A stretch of 64,000 bases of DNA, from assembly GCF_009914755.1 (NCBI RefSeq), contig NC_060928.1. The stretch is one strand, 5' to 3'. Origin of the DNA: the human T2T-CHM13v2.0 reference genome, Homo sapiens. This document shows positions 1-30,276 of the stretch, piece after piece. The position numbers and the translations under genes were made by a program. Positions within the stretch are counted from its first letter, which is position 1. Each line of letters starts with the position of its first letter. The notes beneath the pieces are model-generated. The model did no database searches, had not been told where the DNA came from, and was given only the letters and a program-made list of their open reading frames with translations.

Positions 1-733
1 TATTTGTTCTTTTTCTTGCTTTTAACCTTTAAATGTTTATAATGAAATGGTTTCTTATCCTCCTATGAATCAGGAAATCCTTCCTGTAGAGGCTGTTCAA
101 TAGTCTTACCCTGGTGCCTCATTCTCATTTCTGATCCAGGTTTGAAGTTTGTTCCCTACAAGCTTCCTACATTGTTGTATCTGTTCTCTCATTTCCTAGA
201 AATCTTTCTGTATTCATGAAGCCTATCCTGTAAGCTATACACATAAGACTTGGCCTTTTCTCTCTGAGACACCTATCACTTTGTAATTGTTTAGTAATAA
301 ATTATTTTTTTTCACTCTTATGTCAACTTGAAGGCATAGGTTTTTCACATTCTGTAATACCTGCAGTGCACCTGATACTTGTCTTATGTAGCAGCAGACA
401 TAACATTTGGATGTGATTAGCAAGAATGTACTGGTTGGGCAGAGACTGGTAAAAATTATCCTAGAATATCTTATGGTGTTATTTTAACATTCTCTCTTAG
501 GTTGTTAGGAAAAGTAAAGATTCATTTTAGATTGTTACAAAGAGTAAAGATCATTTTAATATCTGTTGACATTCCATAACACTTTGATTGAAAGAAGTTA
601 ATTTTGTTAACATTATTCTATTTGATGCAGTAGTATTCTCCATAAAATTCATTCCAGAAATGTGTTTATCAATATTTGATACTTGGAAATAAACTTCCAT
701 AGAAAAAATATTTTAAAAAGTGATGAAACTCCA

Positions 734-1654
<921 letters not shown>

Positions 1655-1838
1655 TTCCAGAAGAACCTATTCTAACCCTTTACTTCATTATCACTACTAA
1701 CAGAGTGTTTAACATTTTACAGAATACTCCGACAAGCTATAAAATCTTATACCATTATTTTTTCTGTGAGTGTAATACATTTTCATCATAAAGGTTGTGT
1801 ATGTACATTAAAGAAATGTATGAAATTAAGAAAAGAAA

Positions 1839-2150
1839 GGCTGGACACGGTGGCTCACACTTGTAATCCCAGCATTTTGGGAGGCCGAGGTGGGTGGATT
1901 TCTTGGGCTTGGAGTTCAAGACCAGCCTGGGCAACATGGTGAAACCTCATCCCTACAAAAAATACAAAAGTTGCCGGGTATGGTGGTGCACGCCTGTTGT
2001 CTCTGCCACTCGTGGGGCTGAGGTTGGAGGGTTGCCTGAGCCTAGAAGGTGGAGACTGCAGTGAGCTGAGATTATACCACTCACTGCCCTCCAGCCTGGG
2101 AGACAAAGCAAGATCCTGTCTCAAGGGGAAAAAAAAAAAAAGGAAAAAAA
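1839..2150 (+). mobile_element. Alu (J-like)
   Basis: Dimeric Alu with A-tail in the last MND1 intron. Confidence 0.9.
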
Positions 2151-2722
2151 ATCCACTGTTCCTCCCACCCTCCCCAGTGCAGCCACTGTGAGCACACTGT
2201 CACGGTCCTGCCTCCCTCACTAGCTTCCTGATGAGTAGACATTTAGATTGCTTTTATTTTTTCTATTATGGCACTGGGATAAAGACCCTTGACCAAAAGT
2301 CCTTGTACACAGTTTGTTTTATTTCCTTGGGATAAATCCCTTGAAGTAGACATACCACTTTTTTTCAGTTGTTAATGCATTTTAAATCCCCCCAGGAGAT
2401 GCTGAGGACATTTCTGTTCTTAGTCTTAAGAGAACCCCTTTCCCTGCTCCCCACCCCCTCTCCCTAGTACTGGCCTGATTGTCTGGAAGCCATTACTGTC
2501 TGTAGGACAGGAAGAAGAGTCTGGAGAGAATGTGTTCCCTTTGGGAATAGGAGCAACTTTAATTCCTGAGGCAACAGTCCTGGCCTCTGCTGTGGAAATG
2601 TAGAAGAGACACCATTAACCTGTCCCTGTTTTTCTATTATTCTTAAGTCTGGTATTTAGCAGCAAGCAGCTTACAGAATTTTTAAATATGAGATCTATTA
2701 ACTTGTTCAAAATAGTATTTAA

Positions 2723-3023
<301 letters not shown>

Positions 3024-3191
3024 TTAAGTACTTTTTAATTAGTTGCCATTACTCTTAAAAATACAGAAAACTCCTTATTTTGATATATCTGAAAGTTAAT
3101 AGAAGGAAGTAAAAGAACAATGAAGATAATTATACTTGAAATGTTTTATGATTGTGTTTTTCTCAAAATTATTTCTCAATTTTCTTTATAG

Positions 3192-3298
3192 ATAACATAT
3201 TCGCAATAAAATCTTGGGCCAAAAGAAAATTTGGGTTTGAAGAAAATAAAATTGATAGAACTTTTGGAATTCCAGAAGACTTTGACTACATAGACTAA
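3192..3298 (+). CDS. MND1: MND1 (meiotic nuclear divisions 1) terminal coding exon
   Basis: Acceptor tttctttatAG (3190-3191) is followed by (D)[37 protein letters not shown] (3296-3298), matching the recalled C-terminus of human MND1. Absent from the ORF track because it is a short spliced exon. Confidence 0.95.
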
Positions 3299-3530
3299 AA
3301 TATTCCATGGTGGTGAAGGATGTACAAGCTTGTGAATATGTAAATTTTAAACTATTATCTAACTAAGTGTACTGAATTGTCGTTTGCCTGTAACTGTGTT
3401 TATCATTTTATTAATGTTAAATAAAGTGTAAAATGCAGATGTTCTTCACCCCTTTTGGTAGAACAAAAGCAGGATGATAACCATATCCCCCCAGTGCTCA
3501 TCAAAGTAGGACAATAAAAATCCATCCATC
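3299..3530 (+). terminator. MND1: MND1 3'UTR and polyadenylation signals
   Basis: AATAAA at 3420-3425 has several upstream TGTA (CFIm-type) motifs and a downstream T/GT-rich tract. A second AATAAA lies at 3513-3518. Confidence 0.75.
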
Positions 3531-3637
3531 TCAGTCCAGGCAGATTTACAAATGATTTTTTTTTTAAGATCAAAACCATGACGTGATAATGCTTTAGTTT
3601 TGTTTAAATATTAATATTAACTATTAAGGGTATATTT

Positions 3638-3927
3638 GGGCTGGGCATGGTGGCTCGCACCTGTAATCCCAGCGCTTTGGGAAGCCGAGGCAGGCAGCTT
3701 CACTTGAGCTCAGGAGCAGTCACTTGAGCTCAGGAGTTCAAGACCAGCCTGGCCAACATGGCAAAACCCCGTCTCTCTTAAAAATACAAAAAGTAATTTC
3801 AACTACTTGAGAGACTGAGGCAGGAGAATTGCTTGAACCCAGGAGGTGGAGGTTGCAGTGAGCTGAGATTGTGCCACTGTACTTTAGCCTGGGCAACAGA
3901 GCAAGACTCTGTCTCAAAAAAAAAAAA
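3638..3927 (+). mobile_element. Alu with internal ~20-bp tandem duplication and a deletion at the start of the right arm
   Basis: cacttgagctcaggag occurs at 3701 and 3721. The linker runs directly into gtaatttcaactact. TSD gtatatttg / gtgtatttg. Confidence 0.85.
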
Positions 3928-4226
3928 GTGTATTTGAAGGATCCATCATACATATACACACACCTAAATGCTTGGAAATAACCTTTGAAATCCTAATGGC
4001 TGCTCTCCTATTTCCCAACAGTGACTGAACTCAGTATTCTGCATTATCTTTGCAAATTTCCCACAAAAAAAAATACAGAAAGTTGGTATTCCTCAAATTT
4101 AGTTAAGTAGTAATTCCTCAGACATGAAAACTACTTTTTTCTTTTGAGTTTTTGATAACTTTCTATTGGAAAGAACAAGTGCATGGCCATTTGTCCTGAT
4201 TTATGTACTTTTTATAAGATGATATA

Positions 4227-6885
<2,659 letters not shown>

Positions 6886-7622
6886 TAGTTGTCTTTGTAT
6901 AGCACACATCACCAGCTATATAGAATTTTAGGGTTTTTTTCAGCTATCTAAAAAAGAGTAGGTTAAAAATGACATATCCCACGTATATATCTTTTTATAG
7001 TTCAGCTTGGCTATTTAGATAATTTGCAGGCACTCCACATCTAAAGAAATAAAATCAAAACGTATGTAATGCCCTTTACACACAGGCTTATTTTTTTTAC
7101 ATTGTCCAATTTTGATATTCTTTTAAGTAACTCGAGTGAAATACTCCATATGTCTGAAATGACCCAAATGGCATCCAAACCATTTGTTAGTGAATCTGGC
7201 CTTTGTATTGCATGGAGTTGCTCTGGGCCTACTTAATCACTTCCTGGAGGTTGGTGGGGAGCAAATTGGCCTATCTTTGTTCATGAGGCCAGTTTATGTT
7301 GCCTTAGGCAACAGCTCTTCTGACAAGAGAAAGTATTTGATGTAAGAGACAGAGGACAAAAAATAAAAATAACCAATTTTTCTAAAACTAATCGTGGGAA
7401 TTCCAAAACTTCTCAGGCCCAATTGCCATTATTATAAAAGATACTTGTTTAGAAAGGAAGTATGTGTGTTCAAAAAAGAAACCATTTCTAATGATCTCTA
7501 AAAGATGCTGTTTAATATTTAGTTAACTTTTAAGAATTTAGTTCTCTATAGGGCTAGCACGAGAGTGAGTGAGATGGGGGTCTATACATGAGCTAACCAG
7601 AGGCTGTAGCATCTTTAGCCAG

Positions 7623-8008
7623 CAGTGTGCTGCTAAGTTTAATAGCTGGCTGTCTGGAAGAGGGAAGCTGACTTATAGTGTTTGCCTACTTGCGTGGTGT
7701 AAGTACTGCCAGCATAGCCGATTTGAGGTTACCAGTGCAATGCCAGTAGAGAAGGGGAAGAGATGCTCGGCAGCACACCATTATGTAGTACCTCCACCAT
7801 AAAGATGAGGTAGATAATAAAACTCAACAGCACAGGGAACGGTAAAATGTAGTGAAGTACTTAGGGAGTTATCACTCTTCAGTATTTGGCGTCTTTGTTT
7901 TTAATATACAGTTCATCATCCTTTACATAACTTCATCTTTAATGCTGGCTGCGTTTAACCACTGGCTCTCTGTTTAACAGCTGACTTACCTGCTCCTGTC
8001 CATCACTG
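7623..8008. mobile_element. MER63-like hAT DNA transposon
   Basis: cagtgtgctg...catcactg termini. Internal tgtttgcc...gtggtgtaagtact...gccgattt resembles the recalled MER63 consensus. Confidence 0.6.
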
Positions 8009-8114
8009 TTGTTAATCTTTAAGAGCGGTATTTGAGTTTATTCTCACCTGAAGTTCGAGATACTAGTTAAGAAGGCAGGAAGCCAGGCATGGTAGCCTGT
8101 GCCAGTAGTCCCAG

Positions 8115-8490
8115 TGTATTAGTCCGTTCTCACGCTGCTAATAAAGACATACCCCAGTCTGGGAAATTTATAAAGGAAAGAGGTTTAATTGACTCACAGT
8201 TCAGCATGGCAGGGGAGGTTCTCAGGAAACTTACAATCACAGCGGAGGGGGAAGCAAACATGTCCTTCACGTGACAGCAGCAAGGAGAAGTGCCAAGCAA
8301 AAGAGGGGAAAGCCCCTTGTAAAACCATCAGATCTTGTGAGAACTCACCCACTATCCCGAGAACAGCAGCATGGGGGTAACTGACCCATGATTCAATGAC
8401 CTTTCACCGGGTCCCTCTCATGATAAGTGGGGAGTATAGGAACTACAATTCAAGATGAGGTTTGGGTGGGGACACAGCCAAACCATATCA
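8115..8490 (-). mobile_element. THE1 (THE1C-like) solo LTR inserted in a FLAM monomer (~8082-8600)
   Basis: tgtattagtccgttctcacgctgctaataaagac...caaaccatatca with a perfect 5-bp TSD cccag (8110-8114 and 8491-8495). Confidence 0.9.
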
Positions 8491-9109
8491 CCCAGCTACG
8501 GAGGAGGTAGAGGTGGGAGGATTGCTTGAGCCCAGAAGTTCGAGGCCAGCCTGGGCAGCATAGTGAGACCCTGTCTTTTAAATAAATTTAAAAAAGAAAG
8601 AAAACAGCAGCCCAGGGGCGTGAGTCTAGCTAAGCTCAAGGTAATCCTTAGTCTTGGGTTGGTTTTGTTACTGATTTGAAGATTTAGGACAACTTGGGTA
8701 GACCTAGAATCATATTACAAGTTATCCAGGACCAAATTTGATTCAGTAAATCATGCTATAAATGATAATCCCAGTGTCTTTTCAATGAATTGTGAAGTTT
8801 AAAAGGCATCCTATCAACCTCTTTTATGTGTTTTTTTTTTTTAAATCTCAAATAATATCTGTCCTATTCTTAAGGGATTCTAAAAAAGTTTTTACAGTCT
8901 CCTGGTAAGTTTCACAATTGTCCAAGGCCAGATCAAATCTGTGAAATGTCTGTTCTGAGGTTAGACCAGGACCAAAGCACTCTGTAAGGACGAATTGGGT
9001 AAGACTTTTCTCCTGATGTTGACCACATCATTAATCTAGTGGGATTATACAGTTCTTGGCCTGTCTCAGAAATATATGCTATTGTTCTTTACTTTATCAA
9101 ACATGATTT

Positions 9110-10077
9110 TCAGACATGCACAGTGGCTCACACCTATAATTCCCAGTGCTTTGTGAGGGCCAGGTGGGAGGATCCCTTGAGGCCAGGAGTTCGAGACCAG
9201 CCTGGGCAACATAGCGAGACCCCATCTCTATGAAAAAAAAAAAATTAGCCAGTTGTGGTGGCGCACACTTGTAGTCCCAGCTAACAGGAGGCTAAGGCAG
9301 GAGCATCACCTGAGCCCAGGAGTTTGAGGCCACACTGAGCTGTGATTGCCCCACTGCACTCCAACCTGGGCAATAGAATGAGATCCTGTCTCTAAAGAAA
9401 AACAGAAACATGATTCTCTTTAAAGGGTTAAAAAAGGAAATGAGTATAGCTGCCAGTCAAGAAGCAAGAACCACCCTAATAATTCTTGAGCAGAAAAGTC
9501 TAAATTGTAAATCTGATAATACTGTTTTTTGAGAGCCATGACTGAAGTAAAGTATCTAGAAAACATTTTTCAGTTGATATGGTACCATCTGTAAGAGCAG
9601 TTAAAATGTGACAGATGGTGGGATGACATCGCAATATTATGCATAAACTCCCTTTCAGGATATGCTTCTGGATATTGTTTATTTGCCAGAAAGAAAAAGC
9701 ACTGCATTACAAAATGACCCACTGCAGTGAATCTATATATTATACTTATCCCAGCATAAGTTTAAAAAAAAAATTGTGAGAGAAGGCCGGGCGCGGTGGC
9801 TCACACCTGTAATCCCAGCACTTTGGGAGGCCAAGGCAGGCGGATCACCTGAGGTCAGGAGTTCAAGACCAGCCTGGCCAACATGGTGAAACCCCATCTC
9901 CACTAAAAATCCAAACATTAGCTGGGTGTAGTAGTGGGCGCCTGTAATCCCAGCTATTCGGGAGGCTGAGTCAGGAGAATCCTCGAACCCAGGAGGCAGA
10001 GGTTGCAGTGAGCCAAGGTCATGCCATTGTACTATAGCCTGGGTGGCAAAGCGAGACTCCAAAAAAAAAATAAAATA
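9110..10077 (+). mobile_element. Two Alus (~9110-9405 J-like; ~9786-10077 S-like)
   Basis: Dimeric Alu structures with A-tails. Confidence 0.88.
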
Positions 10078-10164
10078 ACTGAGAGATAGAGGTCAGAGAT
10101 GGAAGTGGCTTGCTGTCTCCTTCCAAGGTACTCATTGTTGAATCTCAAGGCTAATGGTTTCTGT

Positions 10165-10343
10165 TAACCAAGATTAGTAAATTACCACACTGAGGGCCAA
10201 ACCCAAGGTCTATTTTTACTGTCTTTTTACATTTTTTAATAGTATAAAAATAAACAGGAATATGGGACAGAGACTGGTAGTGGCCTGCAAAGCCTAAAAT
10301 GTTTGCTATTTGACCCTTTCCAGAAAAAGTTTACCAATCCCTG
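10165..10343. mobile_element. MER58-like hAT DNA transposon
   Basis: gtggcctgcaaagcctaaaatgtttgctatttgaccctttccagaaaaagtttaccaatccctg resembles the MER58 terminus. Confidence 0.65.
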
Positions 10344-10779
10344 AAAGGTCAAAAACAGCCTGTGAAGTAGATATGATCTGCAAGATGTATTTTATTTTTC
10401 CCAAAATGTATTTTATTTTTCATTTAAATTAGTTGCAAATATATTCAGACTGTAAAATGTCACTTGCAAATTGAGATGTTCAGCTTCTTTTGGAAACTGG
10501 ATGATTTGGCAACCCTAAGTCTTCATTCCATATGGCAGCAAATCAGCTAGAGGTAAGTGGGACTGTCTCAATAGGATTATAAGGTAGTGAGTTCATGTAT
10601 TAGAGGGACGCGAGCATGCTTTCTCCTTTAAGTCACAGTTTCGTTCTGAGTTGACAAACTGACTTGAGCTCAAACTTTAGTTTCAACTTTCTAATTCCAG
10701 GAAAAATACCTGCCTTGAGGCTGTAATCCTAAGAAATAAAGTCTCCTCTTCTCCTCTTAAAAAAAAAAAAAAATTGGCT

Positions 10780-14932
<4,153 letters not shown>

Positions 14933-15563
14933 ATTGGCTTTCTAAAGTTAAATCCCAAATGCTTTCTGGAAAACCTCTTTAGAATATAAGTTACCAGTTT
15001 GGAGGCTGAATCTGATGCAGAAAGGGTGAGCTGTTTTGCAAGCCTGAACTTGGAAGGCATCATGTTTCTCACAACATTTTGAAAAGTAACTATAGGAACT
15101 TTTAACTCATTTAAATTGAACAGATGTGCGGTTTTTTCTCTGTTCAGTTGTGGTTGTTGCTGTGTTTAAGTAAATGTACTTCTTGCTTGCATGTGTTTCC
15201 TGTGAGCTCTGGAAACTCACACCTGACTGAATTTAACTTGCTTAGATTTGATTTGATTCTTAGGTCAACTGGAACAATTATTTTGCCTTTAAGTACCCTA
15301 ACAAAATGTTTATATGTACAAGGATCAAAAAGGCCTGTCTGTCTGTTTGTTACAGATAAAAATATAGTTTTTATAACGATGCTTACGTTAATAAGATCCA
15401 GAAAAATAACTTCTTTTTTGGAAAAGTGTCAATCTTTGATGTAACACAGCTTCAGGGAATAAAATTATTTTGCATAACCATAATTGAAAGTGCTATATCT
15501 TCAGCAGGAAGGTAGGATAAATAAATTTTTGTTTAGAACAAAATTTTTTAAAAAGACAGTATG

Positions 15564-18612
<3,049 letters not shown>

Positions 18613-19309
18613 TAGATCAGTTTCTCTAAGAGAGAGAGAAGATAAAAAGCAGAATTAAGCAGAGCATTCATTCTTTTTCCACTCACTTGTCAAAGCCAGC
18701 TCTCAAGAAGGGTTGGATGTAAGCATTATTTAATATATTACTGTAAAGCTTAAGAAGAAATCTCTCCTGGAGTATTTGCCTTGTTCTAAGGGATAGTTGT
18801 AACTTTTTGAGAACTATGGAAATTAAACAAGCTGAAACTTTTTTTTTCTACAAAAGAGATTCTTGGAACACCAGAGCTTCTCCAGTCACTTTTGAAATGC
18901 CTACTTTATACCATTCACAAAGAGGAATGGCAAGGTCTGAGTCCGAAAGATAATCGGTCTTGGTGCAGAAACAGAAATCGAATTGGTAGTGCATGTCAAT
19001 AAGCACTGTAATAAAGATTTTCAGAGGATACTGGGGAGGTCAGGAGAAAGACAGCAACTGTCCAGGGGCATCTTAATTTGCCTTGCAGAGGAAGAGATCC
19101 ACCATCAGGGCTGAGCTTTAAGGGTACAGTGTTCACAAAGCATCACGTTCTCCATAAACGTGTATGATTATTATTTGTCAATTAAATTTTCTTTAAAAGG
19201 TAAAGTGTTTTCCTGTAGTAGGGTAGAAGAGTACAAGAAAGATCAGATATTCTATGAGGTGATAATTTGAGGATTCTTTCAGGAAGTAAGAGTGTGATGA
19301 ATATTGGTA

Positions 19310-19795
19310 CTTTCATTCATTCTTTCACTCAATGAGTATTTACTGGGCACTTAGTAGGTGTTGGAGGTTACAATGGTGATCAAATTCTCATGAAGATTGT
19401 GGCCTAGTTTGGAAGACATTGGACAAAAATCTATAAATAGCACTTGTAATATGTGCCCTGATGGGAAAAGCAGGGTGCTAGAACAGAGTTTAACTGAGGA
19501 TTGGAGTGGCATGGGATCGGAGGAAGTTCAGAGAAGAAAATGACATTTAAACCGAGACCTAAAGCTTTATGGAGGCAGAGGGAACAGCATCTGTGAACAT
19601 TTCCCATGGGAAAAACCTGACTTTGAAAGGACAGAAAAGTCAGAGCCCTGTGCACAGAAAAAGGAGTAGGTTGTAGGGAGATCCGGAGAATTAGACGCAT
19701 CCTTCAAGGCTTGTAGGAACTGCCACAGATTTTGGACTTTGTACATAATGGGAAACCATTGAGTGGTTTAGGATCTGTATTTTTAAAATCACCCT
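19310..19795 (-). mobile_element. L2 fragment
   Basis: ttcattcattctttcactcaatgagtatttactgggcact is typical of an antisense L2 3' end. Confidence 0.65.
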
Positions 19796-22035
<2,240 letters not shown>

Positions 22036-22857
22036 AGATGTGAAGGCAGAGAAAGTAGCAGTAGCAGGTAGACAAACCCAGGAGAGGTGTCGGGGAGAAA
22101 TGAAAGGGAAATGACAGGGAAGGAAGAGGAGAAAGCATTACTCCCACGTGGGGATTTCTTATGGGAGGGGAAGTGAAAACCACAGAAATTGAAAGAGGAA
22201 CTTGGGGACCAGAAGGCTTTATTTCCCAGTGTGCTCCCCAACACCCCTTCCCCAAAAGAAACCATCATGTTTGGGGAAAGGTACAAAGGAAATGTCCTAT
22301 TTGTGCTTAGACTCTGATTTTGAGACTGGGTAAGTTGCCCTTTCCTTGATAGGGGATTGCCTAGGTTGAAACGGTAGGAGGGAGTGTTCCCAGAGTGGAA
22401 TGCAGCCCGACTGTGTTCAGAAGAAGCATGAAGGTCCCATTCTACTTTGATACTAATACTTGAAAAAGGAGAAAAAATTACAAACTGCCGCTTTTTATGT
22501 GGTATTCATGAGGGAAGGAAAGGGGGTGGGAAAGCAGGAGGAAAGCACCATGTAAATCAAGTCTTCCAAGAACTTATTTTATCAAGCATTTAATCAGCTC
22601 TTGCTCAAGGCTAATCATAAAAATAAACTGCGCATTTTTACCTGCTGCAGGCAGCTTGCAAACTGCAGGTGTGTTTCAAGAAAGCCACTGTCAAGTCCCC
22701 AGTTGCAATTCAAAAGATATTAACTAAGAGCTAAACCAAATTATGGGTCTTACATTATGTTATAAGAACCAGACATAAATTACCACCCAGTTAAAATATC
22801 TAGAAATGAGCCAGCAAATGAACTGTCACCAGATGAAGGCCTACACTTTAAAAAAAT

Positions 22858-23210
22858 GTTTTACTTTGTGGTTAAATATATATGAGTAAAATCTACCATT
22901 TTAACCATTTTTAAGTGTGCGGTTCAATGGCATCAAGTACATTCACATTGTGCAGCCATCCCACCATCCATCTCCACAACTATTTTCCTCTTCCCAAACT
23001 GAAACTCTGTACCCATTAACAATAACTCCCCATTCCCCCCTCTCCCCAGCCCGTGGCAACCACCATTCTACTTTCTGTCACATGAACTGACTACTGTAGG
23101 TACCTCGAATGATTGGAATCATACAGAATTTGGCCCTTGTGATTATTCAATAATGCATAATGTTCACCCATGATGTAGCAGGTGTCAGAATTTCCTTTTT
23201 TAGGCTGAAT
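22858..23210 (-). mobile_element. L1MB-type 3' end fragment
   Basis: accattttaaccatttttaagtgtgcggttcaatggcatcaagtacattcacattgtgcagccatc resembles an antisense L1MA/MB 3'UTR. Confidence 0.75.
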
Positions 23211-23303
23211 GCGCCTACACTTTTTAAAGGGAGACATGATATTAAAAATCATTTTCTAAAAAAATTGCATATCCACATCATTTTTTTAAAACTGCCACAG
23301 CAC

Positions 23304-24226
<923 letters not shown>

Positions 24227-24629
24227 TTAGGGTGAGTTATTCTTAATCTCACAGGCAAGAGACCAAATTTAGACACTTCCCTCAGTTAGTGGATGAAACT
24301 GAGCATTCAACTAAATCCTCTATCCCTTTGATCCCCGTTTCCCTCCCCTCTCCGAACCTTTACCCCCACAATGGTTTTCTGTTTGGAATACACGGTAACA
24401 AAACTAGGAGGAGGCATGCGTCTGTGCTTTCAAGTGGAATTTACCATTACAATAAAGTTATCACCATTGGAAGATATCAATTTGACATCCATGGCCTCGG
24501 GGCCTCCTCAGCCACCACAGGGTTTCTCCTCTCCATACACTGTTCTTATGAAATTCTGCTTTGCTTCCCCCAAAACTTCAGTAGTTTCTCATCAGCCCCG
24601 CAGTCACTGTAGCCAGGTCCCTGCCTAAC

Positions 24630-25966
<1,337 letters not shown>

Positions 25967-26247
25967 TCCTTTTTAATTTTTAAAAGATTTTAGATTTTTT
26001 TTTTTGAGGCAATCCTTTCACATTTCTCACAACTCATCGTGAGTTGTTTTAATGTAAAGTTATTTTCCAGCAGATTGAAACAGTGAAGACCTCTGTATTC
26101 CAGGAGGGCAAGTGTTCTGCCTCTTCAAGATAGCTGAAGGAAAGGAAACTGTATAGCTCCCTGCAGTTTAAAAGTTAGTTGCGCACTGATTGCTTCATGA
26201 ATAAAGCTGGAAGATCTAAGTTTGGGAGTGAAGGAAAGAGGATCTGC

Positions 26248-27006
<759 letters not shown>

Positions 27007-28693
27007 CTACAAGAAGATGGTGTATTGATGATCCATTCTATGCCTATCATTCTGCATCTGACTTCAAGTCTGTTTTATGACAGTTTCCATGTCTCCTTTA
27101 AAGAGCCCTTTGCTTTTGCAGGAAAATGAAAGATATTACCAGTCTTACAAAAGCATGTGGCTTCATATATTTTGAGTGCTATGAAATATTAATTTTTCTA
27201 AAACTGACATTATTTAGCAATTGGAAATGTGTTAGCTCTAACTTTCTTTTATGGGTACTTTTCTGTGGTTATAATATACAAAATTAAATTTACCACTTTG
27301 ATCATTTTTAGGTGTATAGCTGTGCGGCATTAAGTACATTTTAGGGGCATTTTAAAATCTCTTCCTACTCTCAGTGCAGAGGTTCCTTCCTGCTTTCTCT
27401 ATAAGTCATATCCAGCAGATAGTATTTAGGAACCCTTCATTTCTCAACTTTGTTTTGACAAAATTAGGAGTAATTCTATTACCTCTTTTTAAAAATCGGG
27501 ATTCTAGGCCGGGAACAGTGGTGCACGCCTGTAATCCCAGCAATTTGGGAGGCCAAGGCAGTCAGATCCCTTGAGGCCAGGAATTCCAGATCAGCTTGGG
27601 CAACATGGTGAAACTCCACCTTTATTTTTTCAAAAAAGCGATTCTAAAGTGGAGTGGATGAAGGACTATGTCTTTCTTACTGGTTTATTGCTCGTCTGTG
27701 ACTTTTTATTCACTAAAGATCCCTCTTAGGTAGATCTTAAACTTTCTCTCGCTCAGACTAAGTGATTTCAGTTTCATTATCTATTAATAGATACCTTTGC
27801 CCACACTTTAGTCGTGGAGTTCTCACAGTGGTTCTTCTCTGATACCTTGCCCAAGGTTATTTATATCCTGTTAATTTAAAAGTCTAGTAGTAGTGTCTGT
27901 AAACGCCGCTTAAAATAAAACTCACCAAGGGTTTGCCAGAATAGGTTTCTGGAGAAGAATCGCTGGTGTGAGCAGGAGCTCTGTCCCAGTGGGGCTGCTG
28001 AGTGTCACCCACTCCCCCACTGCGATTTTCTCACTGTCAGTCCCACCGCTTCCTGCCACTTGGTCTGGCTGGTCTTTTTTTTTTTTTTTTTTTTTGAGAC
28101 AGGGTCTTGCTCTGCCACCCAGTGCCCAGGCTGCAGTACAGTGGCATGATCTCGGCTCACTACCTGGCTCAAGAAATCCTCCCACCTCAACCTCCTGAGC
28201 AGTTAAGACTACAGGCACATGCCACCATGCCTGGCTAATTTTTTTTTTTTTTTTTTTTTTTTTGTAGAGATGAGGTCTCACTATATTGCCCAGGCTAATC
28301 TAGAACTCTTGGGCTCAAGAAATCCTCCCGCCTCGGCCTCCCAAAGTGCTGGGATTCCAGGCATTAGCCACCGTGCCCAGGCTGGTCTCACCTTAAAAGC
28401 AACCGCCCAGATGAAGAAAAGCATTGCTTTCTTCAGTTCCTTATAGTTGAAACAGTATGACAGTAGGATAAACAATGGAGATGTTAAACTACGTTTTCCA
28501 GAGCAGACCTGATTTCAAATACCCTGAGCCATTGTCATACCTCATGTCAGGCAGTTGATTTGCTTATTCAGAAAACGTCCAAACTATCAATGGAGACTAA
28601 ATGGAGGAGAAGTTACCCAAGCACCCCAAGAATAAGATGCGCCTCGAGACCATCTTAGTGCTCACTCGTGCCCCTCCCAACACGGTTCCTTTA

Positions 28694-29058
<365 letters not shown>

Positions 29059-29672
29059 TTAGAGACATAACAGCCCCTGGTAAGCAGAGTGACCCAAAAG
29101 GGGAAGCAGGGGCAAGTTCGGCAAGTTAGAGTGAGAGTAATTTTTGACCTAACGCAGGTGGGGAAGAAAATGAAAACCTGAATAGGTTTGAATTTGATCA
29201 TATCGTGCTGGCTGTGACAACCCTAAATGATTTACAAATGGCTCATTAAAAAAAAAAAAAAAAAAAAAAAGTGTATCATCCGAATCCTCAACAAGAAAAA
29301 AAAGGAGCAAGAAAAAAGAATTCTCTTTTGTCCCTCCTACCCACATCTTTGCATGCCTGTCACCCCTCATGGATGCCATCCTCACTGTTCAGCGTCCTGT
29401 CCCCCTGATGCCCCATGGCTCTCACTTTACACTGATACAGCCAAACGTATCAGGAAGAACCAAATGTCTTCCTCCAAACTACACTTTGTCCTAAAACTAT
29501 TCCTTTTAAAAACACACTTCAAATAAAGTTTTCAGTTCCTCAGAGTTGGGAAACTGTTCGATTGCCTTGTTATATGCATACTTAAGCCATACTCATCAGG
29601 TACTTAGTGATCAATACGTGTCTCCAATTACTTGATTAAAATACTGTAAGTCTGAATGACTGATAGGCTTCA

Positions 29673-30056
<384 letters not shown>

Positions 30057-30105
30057 TTAGCCTGGTGTGGTGGCACGCGCCTGTTAATTCCAGCTACTTG
30101 GCTCA

Positions 30106-30276
<171 letters not shown>

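Noticed and set aside
19120-19209. ~60-bp segment between aagggtacagtgtt and aaaggtaaagtgtt
   Set aside because: Probably a tiny old L1MA 3' end with its TSD. Too short to call confidently.
26029-26047. 8-bp hairpin acaactca-tcg-tgagttgt
   Set aside because: A stem of this length is expected by chance in 64 kb.
29248-29270. Isolated A23 run
   Set aside because: No upstream poly(A) signal, SINE body or TSD seen. Treated as a simple mononucleotide repeat.
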